Source: Bigelowiella natans CCMP2755
Lineage: Eukaryota; Protista; Cercozoa
Direction of reading: 5' to 3'
NCBI GenBank assembly: GCA_000320545.1
Contig: ADNK01002051.1
Span: 1 to 38,870, forward strand
Length of the DNA: 38,870 bases
Each line of letters starts with the position of its first letter. Positions within the stretch are counted from its first letter, which is position 1. The position numbers were made by a program, and so were the translations under genes. A model generated the notes under the pieces. The model was given only the letters and a program-made list of their open reading frames with translations, ran no database searches and was not told the origin of the DNA. Below, in pieces: positions 1 to 14,573 of this stretch.

Positions 1-48
<48 letters not shown>

Positions 49-66
49 CTCTCTCTCTCTCTCTCT

Positions 67-132
<66 letters not shown>
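1..132. repeat. Compound (CT)n/(AT)n microsatellite
   Basis: Directly visible dinucleotide runs. Similar (CT)n, (GT)n, (AT)n, (GAG)n and (CAT)n runs occur in many introns of the window. Confidence 0.95.
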
Positions 133-135
<3 letters not shown>

Positions 136-148
136 GTCTGTGCGTGTC

Positions 149-577
149 TTATCGTTCAAAGAGGAGCACGACTCGGCTCGAGACATCTTCCTGATGCCAT
201 AACCGACCATTGCCTGACGTTGGGGGCCGCTGCCAGCTATCGAATCCTGCTCTCCAGCCATCTGAAGCAGCGCGTTGTGCAAGCTGTGTATATGACGCCT
301 CGTTTTGTTCGTCGTCTGTTGGCAATGCCCCCCCCCCTCTGCGTCTCCATCCCCGGTATCTTCCGCTCTCATTCCCGCGGTCGTCGTCCTGAGCATTCGT
401 TTGAACGCGTCTACGAGCTTCTGCCGTGTCGTGCGAGCAACGGCAATGCTGAGGGTATCGACGTCGGATGCCCATGGGAGAAGGGGCGGCAGCGACGCTG
501 TAGTCGGCAGCTAATGAATAATCAAAATTCGTCGTTGTGACATATATCAACAGTGTTTCATTCTTTCTTCCACGGGA

Positions 578-628
<51 letters not shown>

Positions 629-1080
629 GCTATGATTTTCGATGATCCCTTCCGCCTTCCCCCTTTCTCCTACCCCGCTATGTCCTGCTTGCATTTTCGG
701 TAGCAAGCTTGAATTCAGCACCAACGCCACGCTCTGTGCATTGAGAGCAGCCATACTAGTACCTGCGATAAGCGCTCTCTGGCGGCCTCCAGTAGTCCTT
801 TAATTCCCAGATGTGTTGGTGGTAGGAGAGATCGCTTCTTCGCCGAGGATGACGGAGCTCCAGCCGATTGAGAGGAGGAGGAGGAGGAGGAGGAGGAGGA
901 GGAGGAGGAGGAGACCTTCTTTCTCTTGACCCCCAGACCCCTCTTCTCTCCTTCACCTTGATCGCCATACAGATGGTCTAACGCAATGTCGTTTCCTAGG
1001 GAAAACAGGACTATTTTCAGGGATGCTGGGATTACTGAACAAAATGAAGTGAATTACCGGGGACATGCAAGCTATCAGAA

Positions 1081-1113
<33 letters not shown>

Positions 1114-1447
1114 CTCGATCGCTATCTGTTTCCCCTCTGCATCATTCAATCGTCCAACCAACTCTCCTGCCCCCTTTAATATCTTTCCTCCCCTCCCAAT
1201 CTAATCTACAATGGTGGGGTACCGGAGTCTCGAGGGCGCGGAGCTGGCGTTAGGTTACTGAGAAGCAACTTCGAGGGCCATTTGAGGATGGGGGTGTCGC
1301 AGATCAATTCCGAGAGCACGTGTGGAGGGACCATTGCCGTGCCGTTGTTACCTGTGGAATCAATAGGGATGCCTTATGCCATAACAACTTAATGTAGTAA
1401 TATGTGCACATCTATATATGTTTCTTACACAAAGACATTTAACACAA

Positions 1448-1503
<56 letters not shown>

Positions 1504-2832
1504 CACATGTTTGTACATAACTTTAATTATTTGACACGTACATGTATATATACATATATGAATTTGTAGTTAGAGAAGGGACAGACGTGATGGCGAGCAT
1601 CCCTCCAATATAGAGCGAAAGCTCGAGGCGTTGAGCCATTGTGAGTTGGAAAGAATGGAGCGCAAGACCTACAAATGAGGTCATTGCGTGAATGAGTAAA
1701 ACCTCTCTCTTCGGTCGTGTATAAGTACAAAGAAAGTAATCATTCAAGGGGAGTATTTATTTAGCATAGCTCGCACGATCCACCAGCCTACACACCAGCT
1801 GCCTCGTCTTCTTGAGCTGCTCGCAGGTTAAGGGTTGGCTGTTGTGGAGATCATTCCCATCTTCGCAACCATCATAGTCACCATGCCTCTCCGGATTTTG
1901 CAACTCAGCCAATCTACAAAGTACATTCACACACAGCAGCGCACAGTATTATACGATCGCCAGCAGCAAACACCTGCGCGGTGCAGGAATATGCGAGAAT
2001 AGTTGTCTTGCAAACCGTCGATCCAAGACTGCCATGAGCTCTGGAGTCTTTGCTGCGGAGAGCACCTCCTTTCAAAATTTGATTAATACGAATTAGAAAA
2101 TGAGAACAAAGAGTAACACCTGTCTCACGTATGGGTAAGGCTAAAAAACCTGCTCGATTTGTCTGGCAAGCTCCATAGTCTTATCAAACGTATGCAAGTT
2201 GAGCCTATACACCGGCTCATTCCTCCCGAGAAACCTTCCCACCATTATCCATCTCCTAAGCATGGCATCCGTTGCCCCAGCCGAGGGTGGGAGCGACTTC
2301 ATGTCAGGAAGGAGGGGCGGCGGCTCGGGACCGCGCTCGTGCAGGAAGGATCGGCTAATCCTAGTCTATTTTAAGCAAATATGGGACATAAAGGCATGTC
2401 GCAGGCTAATATTCGGACGGGTAAAGCTTATCTTATTCTGGGAGAATTTGTCACAGGATTTGGAGGACACTTTCATACTGCGACCCGGGCATCGCTGGGT
2501 GTGGGTGGTACGAATCCTGCCACGTGCGGCGCCCAAAGGACTCAATTCCAGCTGCAATGGGCAACTATTTTGTGTCGTTCTAAAAAAAGGGATAACACTC
2601 CGATATTTTAGACAAATCAATCTCGCTCCTCCAGTCTGAATGGGAGGTTTGTAACGGCGCCGAAACTGATGTTGCAGGCCAATTTCTTTCAGGTTTGGCT
2701 ATGTAAGGTTGACGCACCATCGAAAATGGATACATTGAGCTGTTGACCAATCTTGAATCTGCGGTCGTGTCGGCCCCGAGTCATTTCCCCCACCCGGCTC
2801 CTTTGCAAGAGCCCAGCACCTGGGTACGCCAT
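149..2832 (-). CDS. Multi-exon hypothetical protein (boundaries approximate)
   Basis: Several AG/GT-bounded open segments on the minus strand (RSFLHERGPEPPPLLPDMKSLPP...MELARQIEQ ~2150-2355; EVLSAAKTPELMAVLDRRFARQLF ~1973-2070; LAELQNPERHGDYDGCEDGND ~1790-1915; ...HQHIWELKDYWRPPESAY ~760-870), separated by microsatellite-bearing introns. No family recognised; start and stop uncertain. Confidence 0.4.
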
Positions 2833-3002
2833 CAAAACACAAAGCCATAAACAGTTTGAATGCACGCATTGAATCTTGAAGTGCAGAAAAGCAGGCGAAT
2901 GAGCGCCTACGCTCTACCTACCACTTCAGGGAACTGTCGCTAATTCCATGAATCCAAAATGTAATTTTCTTTAAATTTTCAGGAATGCTGCCGTGGCATG
3001 CG

Positions 3003-4109
3003 ATGAAGCTTTTCCTCCTGGCCCTCGCACCGGTCTTGGTGAATTCTGCGTACACTTATGGGATCCAAAATGGGGCTTTGCAGACGAACGTCGCTTCAAC
3101 CGGCACCGGCGGCTCATGTGCAGGTAATCCAGTTAAATCGACCACTTAGTCGGCAATATTACTTAATATTACGGGATATTTACCTGCAGAGCATCCCTAC
3201 AAGATGGGTGTTGCTTGCATTTTTTCGTATGCTGAGGACATTGTACAAGCGTTGAAACGCCAATAGATACAATGCCACGCATGCAAAAAGATAATGCAAA
3301 CTCTGGCACACAAGAAACCTCATACACGTGCGCACTCATCACAGGTACAAGCTCCGGTGAGTACGAGTGCGAAGGCATGAACAAGTACATCACGTGGACG
3401 AAAAACTTTGGAACCTCCGATTTCATCGTAGAAAGCACTTTCTCCGTATCGAAGATTGAGGCTACTGGCCTGGGGTTCGAGTTTGTCACAGCTCCAGGTA
3501 TCAGGACGACACACATTCAATTGTTTTCACAATCTGTGTCCTTCTACCTCTATGCGTGCGTGCGTGCGTGCTTGTGTAGCGTTGTGGATATTCTATTTTT
3601 ACAAACTTACAAACTTTTCTGTTCAAGGCGTCGATCGGCTCGGGCTCGATGGAGATGCCGGGGGGCCACCATATAAATTCTTCTACGAGGGAGGTCATTT
3701 CCAACGAGAAGAATAGAGACGGGAGGAGGATGGGATTCCAGATTTCTAATCTTCTACTCTACATTGTGCCTGAAAACGTAAATGTTGCAGATAATTGGGG
3801 GGGCAACCGAGTTCTGGGAATAACCTCCCTGCGCCCCAACGTCGATTACACGCTTCGAGTCGTGAGGACATCGGTAAAAGCAATTAAACAAACCAATCTA
3901 TACTTCGATGAGATACTCATCCAGAAAATATATCATTTGCCTTCCGTACGACCGGTCATCCTGATTCTCTGCTATCGCCCTCTCAAAACATCTCAGGGGA
4001 AAATCTCTGCATACATCGATGGCGCGCCCATCTATGGAATGCAGGATCTCCTGCTCGACATTGCTATAACAAAGGTGGGTGTACGTTTTGTAGTAGTAGC
4101 AGCAGTAGC

Positions 4110-4140
<31 letters not shown>

Positions 4141-4719
4141 AATAGAAGATGCTGTACTCGAAGCCGGGGTAGCTTACCAGCGGCACATGCATACATCATT
4201 GGATGGCGTACGTGCAAGTAATCATTCCTCTTCCAATCAGGTGCAATGGCGGCCTTGGCGCAACAAGATCAAAGTGAAATCGCTCTATGAGTTAGTCGCA
4301 GACTCTCCAACCTCATCCCCTACACGGGGACCCACACAGTCAGCGACGGGTACTGCAAAAATTGATGCTTTCACGCGCATAGTTAAAAACAAGGGGCACA
4401 TATTTGACTTCACATAGTAGCCACTAGCATACGCGTGGATTCTGCACTGAGTCCCCTATCTTTGCCTCCCTCCCCTCCTCCCTCCCTCTCCCATCCATTT
4501 CACACAATTTAATCATCTTCTGGGTGTTCTTTTCTAAGGCCCATTGGTCTCCTGTGAGTGCTCGACTCCTAATGTCGGCATGGCGGGGCAGAACCGCTAC
4601 TCCTGTTCCGATGGAACCGTCGCGTAAGTTATTCACATGCGCACGCCTCACTCTCCTTCTCCCCCCCCCCCCACCGAACTTAGTCCCCCCCTTATCGGAA
4701 CATCAGTAGGCTAGATATA

Positions 4720-4761
<42 letters not shown>

Positions 4762-5260
4762 AATTACATATGTGTTTAGATTCTGCCCTTCGGACGAGTA
4801 CTGTTACGCTACAAGGAAGTTTCCAAAGAATATGTTACAGCTAGGCTGTCGCAAGGCCACGCAGCCCGTGCGTTATGTGACCTGCAACTTCACGTCCTCC
4901 GATTCGGTACTAAATAGGAGTTGTATGCTAGTAAATGATAGCGAATATGGCCTTCTGTGGCGCATGGAAAAAACAGTTATCAGATCATTTTCCCTCGCGA
5001 ATACGACAACCAGCACTTCCAAGTGCACATAAAATCACCAAGGCATTCTGTGATCTCACGAACTCATCATCATATTGCAATGTTTGCTCGTCTCTCCTCT
5101 TTACGGCGAAGGTGACGAACTTGTACCTGAACGGCATCTCCAATTCCGTGCCACCCAGTGGAAGCTTCCGATTCTCAACCATCAACCACGTGGAGAACAA
5201 GATTGGGGTGAGGGAGAGAGATAGTGAATAATGGCAACGACATAGACATGGAGATTAAGA

Positions 5261-5295
<35 letters not shown>

Positions 5296-5831
5296 GTTTA
5301 TATATTACGCAATATTTGTCGTATCCCGTGCGTCCTTCAACGCCGGGGTGCAAAAACTAATAGCAGACGTATACATGAACATGCGTGCACATGACAGTGC
5401 AGGTTCTCCATATCGAGCCAAGCCATTACGAAATCATGAAAATCCATTCCCTTCTCCCCCCCACCCCTCTGTTTTCTCCAGTTCATCGTCAAGGCAGCTG
5501 CTCCCGCGCCATCGTGCGCGCAAGCGGGATTCGCTATGTTTTGCTATTCGGCTGGGGATATGGCGTGGAATCAGTTTGCTACGGGTCTCACTGCGGGAGA
5601 ATGGTGCGTTCCAATGTCTGAGTCCTCCTAGTTCCCCGTGTTATCTAGATTAAACAATACGGCCGAGGCCTCCCTCCTTCTCTGGCAATGGCGCCCAACG
5701 GCTTCATGATGGTGCTGCCATTGCTTTCAGGTTGACCTATTCTTCCCCGACGAGTACTGTCCCAAGCGCAGACTGGGCCACTCTCTTTGGTAATATACTT
5801 ACACTATACTTGTATACACACACACACACAA

Positions 5832-5872
<41 letters not shown>

Positions 5873-7442
5873 AAAATCTCACGATGTCCAAATCATGACG
5901 TGTTAAATAATCCGGTGCTTGAAGCTACTCAAGAGCAGTAAAGCACGCAATAGCATGCTTCACAGTATGGTTTGGGGGAAAACATCCCACTGAGATTTCT
6001 CCTATCCTGCTGCCCTCATTTCAACCCCACCATCCTACAGCATCGACCAGCAACTTCGCAGCGCCGTGTGCCTCCAGCAAGGCGTTCCCTCTACCAGGCC
6101 AACCGGGCGCGTCCAAAGCCATCTGGAGTAAGCTACGACACCAACAATCGAAAACATTAGAAACAGACGAAAAAGTAGTAGTAGTAGAAGAAGAAGAAGA
6201 AGAAGAAGAAGAGGAGCACGCACGTACAGAAACTCACATGATCTTTGCGATTTTCTGGGAATGTTTGGAGGGTGAGGGATAGACCCCTCGGCCGATCGTG
6301 AAAAATAGCTTTTCGTAAATTATTGGTTTTAAGAGCGAATGAGCACTTCACCACACGTCGTGTCATTGATGCTCCTCCAAGAAGAGGCAGTCCTTCATGC
6401 GTTGTCTTTATAGATCCGGACGGGCACCAATACGCCTACTTCATGGCGCGGAGAGCTTTCTCTTCGGTAATCTCTCCCATCAAAATAGAATAATGAATGA
6501 CATGTATCTATTTCGAGGACGTGATGATTTACCAGCATTTCCCCCTTATTGATTTGTGTGACCCCCCCCCCTTATCTCTATCACTAAAGCTTGCTCCAAC
6601 TGCAACCGTGAATCCGACTGCTACTCCTACAACTTACGTCGCTCCTAGTTGCGGTAGTGGAGGATCGAGGAGAAGGGAAGGAAGGGGGTGGGGAGGAGAG
6701 GAGTGGATAGAAATAGAGGGAGCTGTGAGCTTGAGGATTTTCCTTTTGTCATTAAAATGTCGGTTCTGCAAGAAACCACCCACATCATCACCATCATCAT
6801 CATCATCATCTTCTTCTTCTTCATCATCATCATAGGTATTCGGCACATGGGCGCTAGTGGAAACACAATCAAGACTACCACTGAGGCCAACGAATGCGCT
6901 TGCCAGCAAGAATGCTACATCACCCAAGGGTAGTAGTACCTGTCCGCTCCGCGCTCGATCGATGCGCGCAACGTGCTTATTTTGTTGGCGGTTTTGCTTT
7001 TCCAATATTTTTTCGTCGTCGGTTTCCGGCCATTGCTGCCAATCGTTTATGCGTATTTTTTTTGTGATGCTAAGGTGCGAGGCCTGGCAGTTCATGACCA
7101 GCGGGGCTGATGCCGGAAAGTGCTACCTGAAGGACAACTGGGATCTGTAAGTCACTCGCCAGCAATGCGACGTATATTTTAAATGATTGATGTCAATGTC
7201 AAATGCAATTGGTATGTATTTACATGTGTTTTATAATTGTTTATCTATGTGCGTGTGTGTGTGTGTATTCGGACTCTAGGTTTTCCTACGAGTTCTCCAT
7301 CGCTGGGAGGAGGAGCCATATCACCCCCGGAACCGTGACGCTGAGCAACTACGTTTTTGAGGGAGGATACTGGGCGCAAGTCGAAGAGTCAGATCACCAT
7401 CCACAACACATAAAATCTCCTCTTCACCCCCCCCCCCCCCCT

Positions 7443-7499
<57 letters not shown>

Positions 7500-8406
7500 T
7501 GAATTTTCATCTCCATTCCTGCTAAATTGCTCTCCACCACTTAGGTATAAGGAGTCAGGATGCCCCCCCGTCGCGTCCAAGCTTGTTCGGAAGAGCTACT
7601 GGCGCAAGGACGTGTGCTACCTCGATCCCGACGCGCAGAAAAAATCGTTTAAATTTACCACGGCCGGCATGCAGTTCTTCTCGGACGAGTTGTGCGTGCA
7701 GCCGCTTGGCCTCCTGCAGACCTTCACGGCGAACAAATGTGTCGGCGACGTGCATGTAGCGCAGAAGGTATTCAAGATGATCGATTGGAGCGTCCACGAG
7801 GTCGACGACAGCACTAATACCTTCCTCCGCAAGGTTGTACCTCGTATAGCAGTGGCAGCATAATTCGCCGTTTTTGCCATCTTTTCGTCTCCCACCGTCG
7901 TTTGCAGTCGCCGACGTCGAAACCACGGGCATCTTCCATTCCTCTCCCGCGCAATCTGCAGCTCGCCATTCGTGCACCATCGTCGTCATCTTTTATCTCA
8001 TTATTATCATCATCATCATCTTCATCATCAGGTTTTCGTTCCCGGGTACCGTTTTGTGGGGTGTGCGGGGCCATACCACGTAGAGCAGTGGCCAAAGGCT
8101 GACTGCCTCATCGACAAGCACAACAAAGACGTCTGGCGTAAGGAAACCTGTCTGAACAATATCCAGCGCAAAAGACAAGATTATCGTGATTCCTCATGCA
8201 CGGTAGTGAAGGACCACGAGCCGACACTCGTCTCGCGGCTCAATCGGTGCCGCCAAGAGGGGCCTGACCATCTGCACTATTGGGACTTTGGCTGCGGGTT
8301 TATGCATCAAGAGTATGTCAGGCCGCACGCGCGCGACATGGCGTTCCACGGGGAGATGCAGCAGTGTGTCCATCACCCGCACCGAGAGAAGCACTGCCTA
8401 CAGTAA
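3003..8406 (+). CDS. Secreted multidomain Cys-rich protein with a PAN/Apple domain (multi-exon)
   Basis: ATG at 3003 gives signal peptide MKLFLLALAPVLVNSA. GT-AG exons encode a beta-sandwich-like region (DYTLRVVRTS/GKISAYIDGAPI), PT-rich linkers (SPTSSPTRGPT, PTATVNPTATPT) and a PAN/Apple pattern (GNTIKTTTEANECACQQECYITQG/CEAWQF...GKCYLK). The last exon ends HCLQ* at 8406. Confidence 0.7.
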
Positions 8407-9649
8407 AAACCACGGCTATAGCAGCAGCCGTGAACGAGGAGTAATACTTCCAAGAAAGAAGCGATTGTGAGAGGAAGCATAGTATAGAGAGGACCGGCTG
8501 TGCCCGGCAAACAACAGCAACACAAACAACAACTACAATGGCGAATGATTCGTATCGGACGGAGAATCATCCGCTGTGGATCCTGCAGTAGTTTTGGGGA
8601 TCCCCCACCCTTGGTTATGTTATATTCTGAGGTTGCAGCGACGATGGACGACCAATCGTCCCAATTACTATTTGTTACGACAGCACAGCACCCCGTTGGC
8701 GTAGCCCACCGGCCCACAGTAGTTAAACAGCTGACGAGGCCGTGTGAGTAAGCGATGTGCATGCGTGCGTGGTGTCAATTTGATCATTCTAAACGATGAA
8801 TAATGCAGAACGTCTGTACGTGCTGGCTACTGTCAATGGCAGAAGTTATAAATGTGCAGATTGCATGCGTTCACGTTGCGCTAGGTGCGATGTGTGTGAC
8901 AAGCACGCACTGCATGCGGTCAGAAAGTGCAAGCCGGACAGTTGTCACTCGCGATTTTTGGCTTGCACGCAATAATGCTACATACACATATACATTGGCG
9001 TGACACAACTAACGTTGCGGATTGAACGCATGCACGCACACGCACGCACAGATTTGCGCAGCCAAAGAATCGCTGGATTGGTGGTGCCATCCGCTATCGT
9101 AGTCCAAGCTTTCATTTGTAGCTTCAATTCGTTTCAATATATCAATCTAGTCAATGACCTCGCTCGCGATCAATGCGTCGTCCACGGCAACGCAAATAAA
9201 GCACACGTTTGCATTGCATACTGCCGCGCGAGATGACAAGCAATTGAAGTATATAGAAGACAAGGACGCGGGTCACAGATACGATTAACGGAACAATGTC
9301 GGCAACAATGAACGTGACACACACTATGTACGATGCAGCTACGTGTGCTCAGCGCACGCGCCGCAATCACACATGCAATCGCTGAAGTTGAAGGCTAGGT
9401 GCTTGCGAATCGAAAACCGAGGTGCGCAGCCAAAGCCTATTCTAAGGCCGATGAAGAAATGCAACGTGAGAGAACAGGTACTCACATGACGTTGGTGACA
9501 AGTCATAGAGACACGTATATGTAACTCTTAAAATAGGTATATATACTAGTCTCTTTGAGGGCTATACTAGTTTGCCATGGCCACCAACTTCTTTGGACTG
9601 GCTTGACCATTCCGAGTCGGCCTTGAGTCGCAATCACAATGCATCATTC

Positions 9650-11891
9650 TCACAGCATCTCCAAGGCAGCCCCGAGAGACCATGCGGCCTCGTATTTAAC
9701 GCTGTCGATGTCGAACTTCTTTGCCATCTTGAAGCGGCCGTCTATCCTGAACCCTGCCGTGAGGAGCGCGTGAATGTAGCTCAGATCGAGACAGAAGTAG
9801 GGAGGGTCTTCCGGATGAATGGAACCGGCCTTCGTCGCGGTTTTGAGGTCGACGAGGCTCATGCTGCAGACTCTGGAAGCTGCCTTTGCAAGCTCATCGA
9901 CTGTCGCGACACCAATACCTTCATCTGGCTCGTACTCTCCTGCACCCGCCTGCTCTATCCTCTCGTAAAGGTACCTTTGAACATTGAAAACAATCGCATC
10001 AATTAACACGGGCTATCACCTTCAGAGATGCCGCCGTGGAGGCAAATAGCTGCGAGCGAGGTCGCAACATTGTTTCTTCTGAGTTTTTTTCCCATTTTTA
10101 GGGCCGTTGCCCGTGCTATCCTCGCTGCGTTGTGTAGTCAGTCCATGTGTGTTCATTTCATTCTTACGAGAGAAGGAAGAATTCCTTGGGTTTTCCCGGC
10201 TCGATCGCACCCCACTTGCCACCGAACGCGCATCCTTCCTCCACCTCGCAGGGCTTGTCCACATCCAGCGCCTTCACTGCCGCGGCCCTGCACTTGTCGA
10301 AATTCGAGCCCTCCCCCCCCGTCGCGTCGGCTTCCTCGTTGTTGTACTTGTACGTTTCCGCGGCGAATTGCGGCATGCAAGCCTTAGCAGCTCCCTCCTG
10401 CTTCAGCACGGCCTGAGTAATGGAACCGAAGGCAGGGGAAAGGCGGCGTACGAATGTTAATGAGAAATCATTATCAAAATAGTGAGTTGCCTGCGACAGG
10501 TACAGCAGGGACCATTGATATCGCTATAATATTTTGTACTGTTGTATGTGTGTGTGTGTGTGTGTGCGTGTCTCCCCGCATATGCGCGGGGGTTGTCGTT
10601 TGTTTGTCTTATATGCGGTAAGTGATGCGATGATGAAGAGGGGAGGAGGATGCGAGCCGGTGCACTACCATTCTGCCCGCCTTAAGGCCAAAGCCGAGGA
10701 AGCTATTGACATAGAGGTCGTACTTCTTCCCTTGCCACGAGGTAGCAGTGACGTATTCAGGGACTGCAGTAGCCTTGCCCTTCGCCTCCAGGGCTCGCAT
10801 CATCTGCACTGAGCCCCCTCCAAGATCAATGACTCCGACGGTTTTGCCCGCGGGAGCTCCGAGCTTCTTCGTCAGCATATTGACAGCTAGCCACGCAAAT
10901 TTGCCCTCGTCATCCCCCGACATGACTGAAACGGCGCTGTCGGCGAAGGGTTTGAAGCTATACTCTTTGCGGAGGAGGGAGCGCGACTCTTCCAGTAGCT
11001 GTAGATGAGAATAGATGGTCAGTTATTGGGGAGGGAGAGAGAGAAGGGGAGGGAGGGGGGCAGGAAACTATGATATTAGTTGTCCAGGTATAATAGGCAT
11101 AATGCAGATCTGGTTTCCCTAAGATGTCATTCCGAATTTCAGACGTAATCGGGAAGAAGCGTTCATGTATACCTCATCAGCGGCTGTGCCGGGAAGCATA
11201 CGCAAGCCTGCTGTCGCGCCGATCATGACCGGGGTCTTGGGCATCTCCGATTTAGGGATGATGTCGAGAGCATGTTTGAGCAAAGGCTTGAGACTGGCGG
11301 CACCCATAGCCGGTTCCTTCGCGTAAGAGCTGAGCCCTGGCTTCAGCTGCTCAAACAGCTCGTCTTTGAGTTCTACCTAAAGAAATGAGGTGGGTCGTTA
11401 TGGAGACGAGAGGGGGCATTGTGATGTCCTAATGCGTGGCACTAATCAAAACTCTTTTCCTCCCTTCCTTGCTCTATCTCTTACACCATCAATTAAGTAT
11501 TTATCAATAACACACACATACACACTAACTCTCCACACACACGTGTTTGGATAAACATTTTAATCATAGCACCACTGGTTCGGCACTTTTTTTGGTCGAT
11601 AAGCATTTGTAGATGGAAATATACTAATCGCACCCCTGAAAATCCAGCGTTGAATTGGTAAACGTGTATGCGCGAGCCGGTGGAGCCCGCATCAATGACG
11701 ACGGCGTAAGTTTTCTTGGGTATGTATTGATTCCAAGCGAAGAAGATCATGCCCATCACGATCAAGACCCCCGCCATCTTAATGAGGGATGCAGTGACAA
11801 TCCCCCCTCCCCTTGTTGGGCCTGGTACGGGAGGCTTCTTGCCAATCGTCCCGCGTTCGACGTCCTGGTGGTTCTTTTTGCGGTTGATCAT
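9650..11891 (-). CDS. GDA1/CD39-family nucleoside phosphatase (apyrase/NTPDase) with N-terminal membrane anchor
   Basis: All five apyrase conserved regions occur across the exons: DAGSTGSR, ATAGLR, DEGKFAWLAVN, DLGGGSVQ and WSLG. The hydrophobic segment AGVLIVMGMIFFAW precedes ACR1. Confidence 0.93.
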
Positions 11892-12040
11892 TTCCCTTCC
11901 ACACTGAATATTGATCTGGGGTGGAGGGAGAGGTTGTATTTATATGACCTGGGGGGGTGATGACATGCATTGGAATTCATAATAGATATATGGCGCAGCA
12001 CATACGATAGGTGAACACAGGAGAATCCCCCTTCGCCTGT

Positions 12041-13895
12041 ATGGACATCGGTCGTCCCTCAGAGCTTCAGGGGAATGCGAGTGCCGCACCAATTCGACAC
12101 TTTAGAGCCGGTTTTATAACCGTATCGTGCGAAAGGTAACGTTCAGTCACTCTCACAAGTAAAAACGCAAGAAATAGCCAAGCGGGAGCACCCGTTACAA
12201 AGCGAGCGGGGGGGGGGAAATGCGACTGGATGACGTACGTACTCGGGAATCTGGATCTTCGCTGCTCCAGAGAAAACGGCAGTGTTTCCAGACGGTTTTT
12301 CACCTGCGACAACAAAAATGACCGCATCAACATGCGTATACGAGCAGGTTTCGCTCATGAACTATCCCGGCAATACCCGGTACTCAATTTTAGCAGCGCT
12401 GCAGGAAGAAATTCAAATTGCCGTTCAAAATCCTCAGCCTGTCTTGCCGGGGAGACAGGGGGGGACGGGACGGGGCTCTGCGCGGATGAACTGGCTTCGT
12501 CACGGGTGTTGGTTGATCGCGGTGGTGCAGGCTATGGAGGACCGGGGACAGGCGCAGGGCCATCTCTCCTTTGTAGATAACATCTATCATTTTTCCAACT
12601 GTGCGTCGCAGCTCCCGGTGTGAACGGTCTTTTCTCCTCCTTGAACAACCTTATCAGGTAAGTAGTGAAGTCATGAGACGATTGGGCACTGGGGCTGCAC
12701 AGCTTTGGCCGATTCCCTCCGTCCTCTCTCAGTGGAATGCACAGTAGGAAAGATTTTCGTGTCTCACCGAAAGACCCATGATTGCAAGTTAAGTACATAC
12801 ATGTCTCTTGACCGTTACATTCAGCCACCACCATCATCACACGGCCCTACCATCAATCACGGTCCCTACTTGGTTAAAACCTGAATGGTGGAGTGCGCTG
12901 GAAGCTATCAATCATAACCACGGCGGCAAGGAGAAGGACCCACCAAAGGAGAGGGCGATCAAAACAGATATGTCTCCATCTGCGGGCTCCGCTGGATCGC
13001 TAGCGACCACACCGTCAGCAGACAAAGGCTACAGCAAAAGCGAATCCGTTGTCGTATCTCCTCGTGAAGACAAGAGAACAGAATCAGGTCTGGGTGTAAT
13101 AATTGAAGCGATTGTATGCATTAACCTCTCTCATCTTTCTACCTCAGAGACCGCTCTCGCTATGAATAGCACGCAAAGACACCGAGCTTCCAGGATAAGA
13201 CGAACCCGGCAAGGCAATAACCTAACAGTTGTTCCAAGCGAGCCCTCAATGTTAAAGGATGCTGCAAATAGCCATAAGGACTCGATTGGTTTGGCCAAAA
13301 GAAATCAACAGAGAAATAGCAGTGACAACCGCTCGAATCCTACAGACGCTGTTGCTGAACAAACTAAGGAATCGACGGGAAAGATTATCGAAAATAAGGA
13401 AGATCTAATCTCTCTTGCTGACCCACTGACTTCTTTGGTGTCCACGCAAGGGGCTCACAATCTGAAAAGGGGGACACAGCCGTCCGGAAATGGCGGCGAG
13501 GAGAAACCCGTTCCAATGACGCCGATCGACGTTGGATTGGCAGGCAAGGCTCTCATCGGTGATACTTACAAGATCAAACATGTCTTATTTAACCTACGAT
13601 CACAAAAAAATCATGTTCGAAATTCACCTCCACACATCTATCTAATTGCGTGCTTGGCAAATGAAAGGACTGGTTCTATTTGGCTACGTCGTTCACATTT
13701 TGGGGATTGCCGAAGGCGACACATTCACGGAGCAAGCTCCAAGTAAGTCTATTCGCTCCTCTCTGAACATCAAAGCCGATAATTTCAAGGGATGAATGTT
13801 GATATATTTGAACATTTTTCCTGCTTGTAGGTTCGCAGAGAGCTAATGATGAGGCTGACGGAGATGATGCTATCTCGTCAGGGAACAGTGACTAA
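12041..13895 (+). CDS. Multi-exon hypothetical protein with S/T/N-rich low-complexity C-terminal part
   Basis: ATG at 12041 (MDIGRPSELQGNASAAPIRHFRAGFITVSCE, then gtaac donor), long open segment 12808-13746, and final exon ...DGDDAISSGNSD* ending at 13895. No family recognised. Confidence 0.5.
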
Positions 13896-14573
13896 ATAGC
13901 ACAAAATTTGGCCAACAATAACCTTCCCTGCTAGTGCAACACTGTGTGATACGTACCTGTTTTGATGCTGTAACTTCTACCACGAAATGCATGCATGGTC
14001 AGTCTTGAAGCACGTCGAAATCCCTGAAGATGCCGTCACTTCCCTGCATCCTTCGAGTTGTGTTGTTGTGTTGCTTGACGCCTGTCTGCGTGCCATCGCA
14101 AGTGATGCCCAGTTTGGAAGCATTACACATAACTTGCCCAAGTGTTTTTGGATCGAACTGGCCGGCATGCGTGGCTAAGTTCAGCTCGCGCGCTACAAGT
14201 TCATTAGCTGTGCCGCTTGCATATACATATTGCGTTGTTGCATTGCCAGCCAAGCGCAATGCAGTACTTTTTCTACTATACTACCCGACGTACTAGCCTT
14301 GTTTCATCAGCAGAGCTACTTTTTGCATAACGTACGCATCGCAATAACCAATGACTGAGAAAGTTAGCATTCATGTAAGCATGATGCGTGTGCATGGTGA
14401 AATCCATTATACACATGTGGATGAACGTCTGCGCAATGTGCGATGCTGATTGACTCGAGCCCTAACCCAATCAAATGCCACTAAACGCAAAAAACTATGC
14501 AACTGCAAATGTTCTTATGCCAGCTGTCGATGTTGATGATTCCTACACGAGCTGATGCGGTGAAACTGATTGA

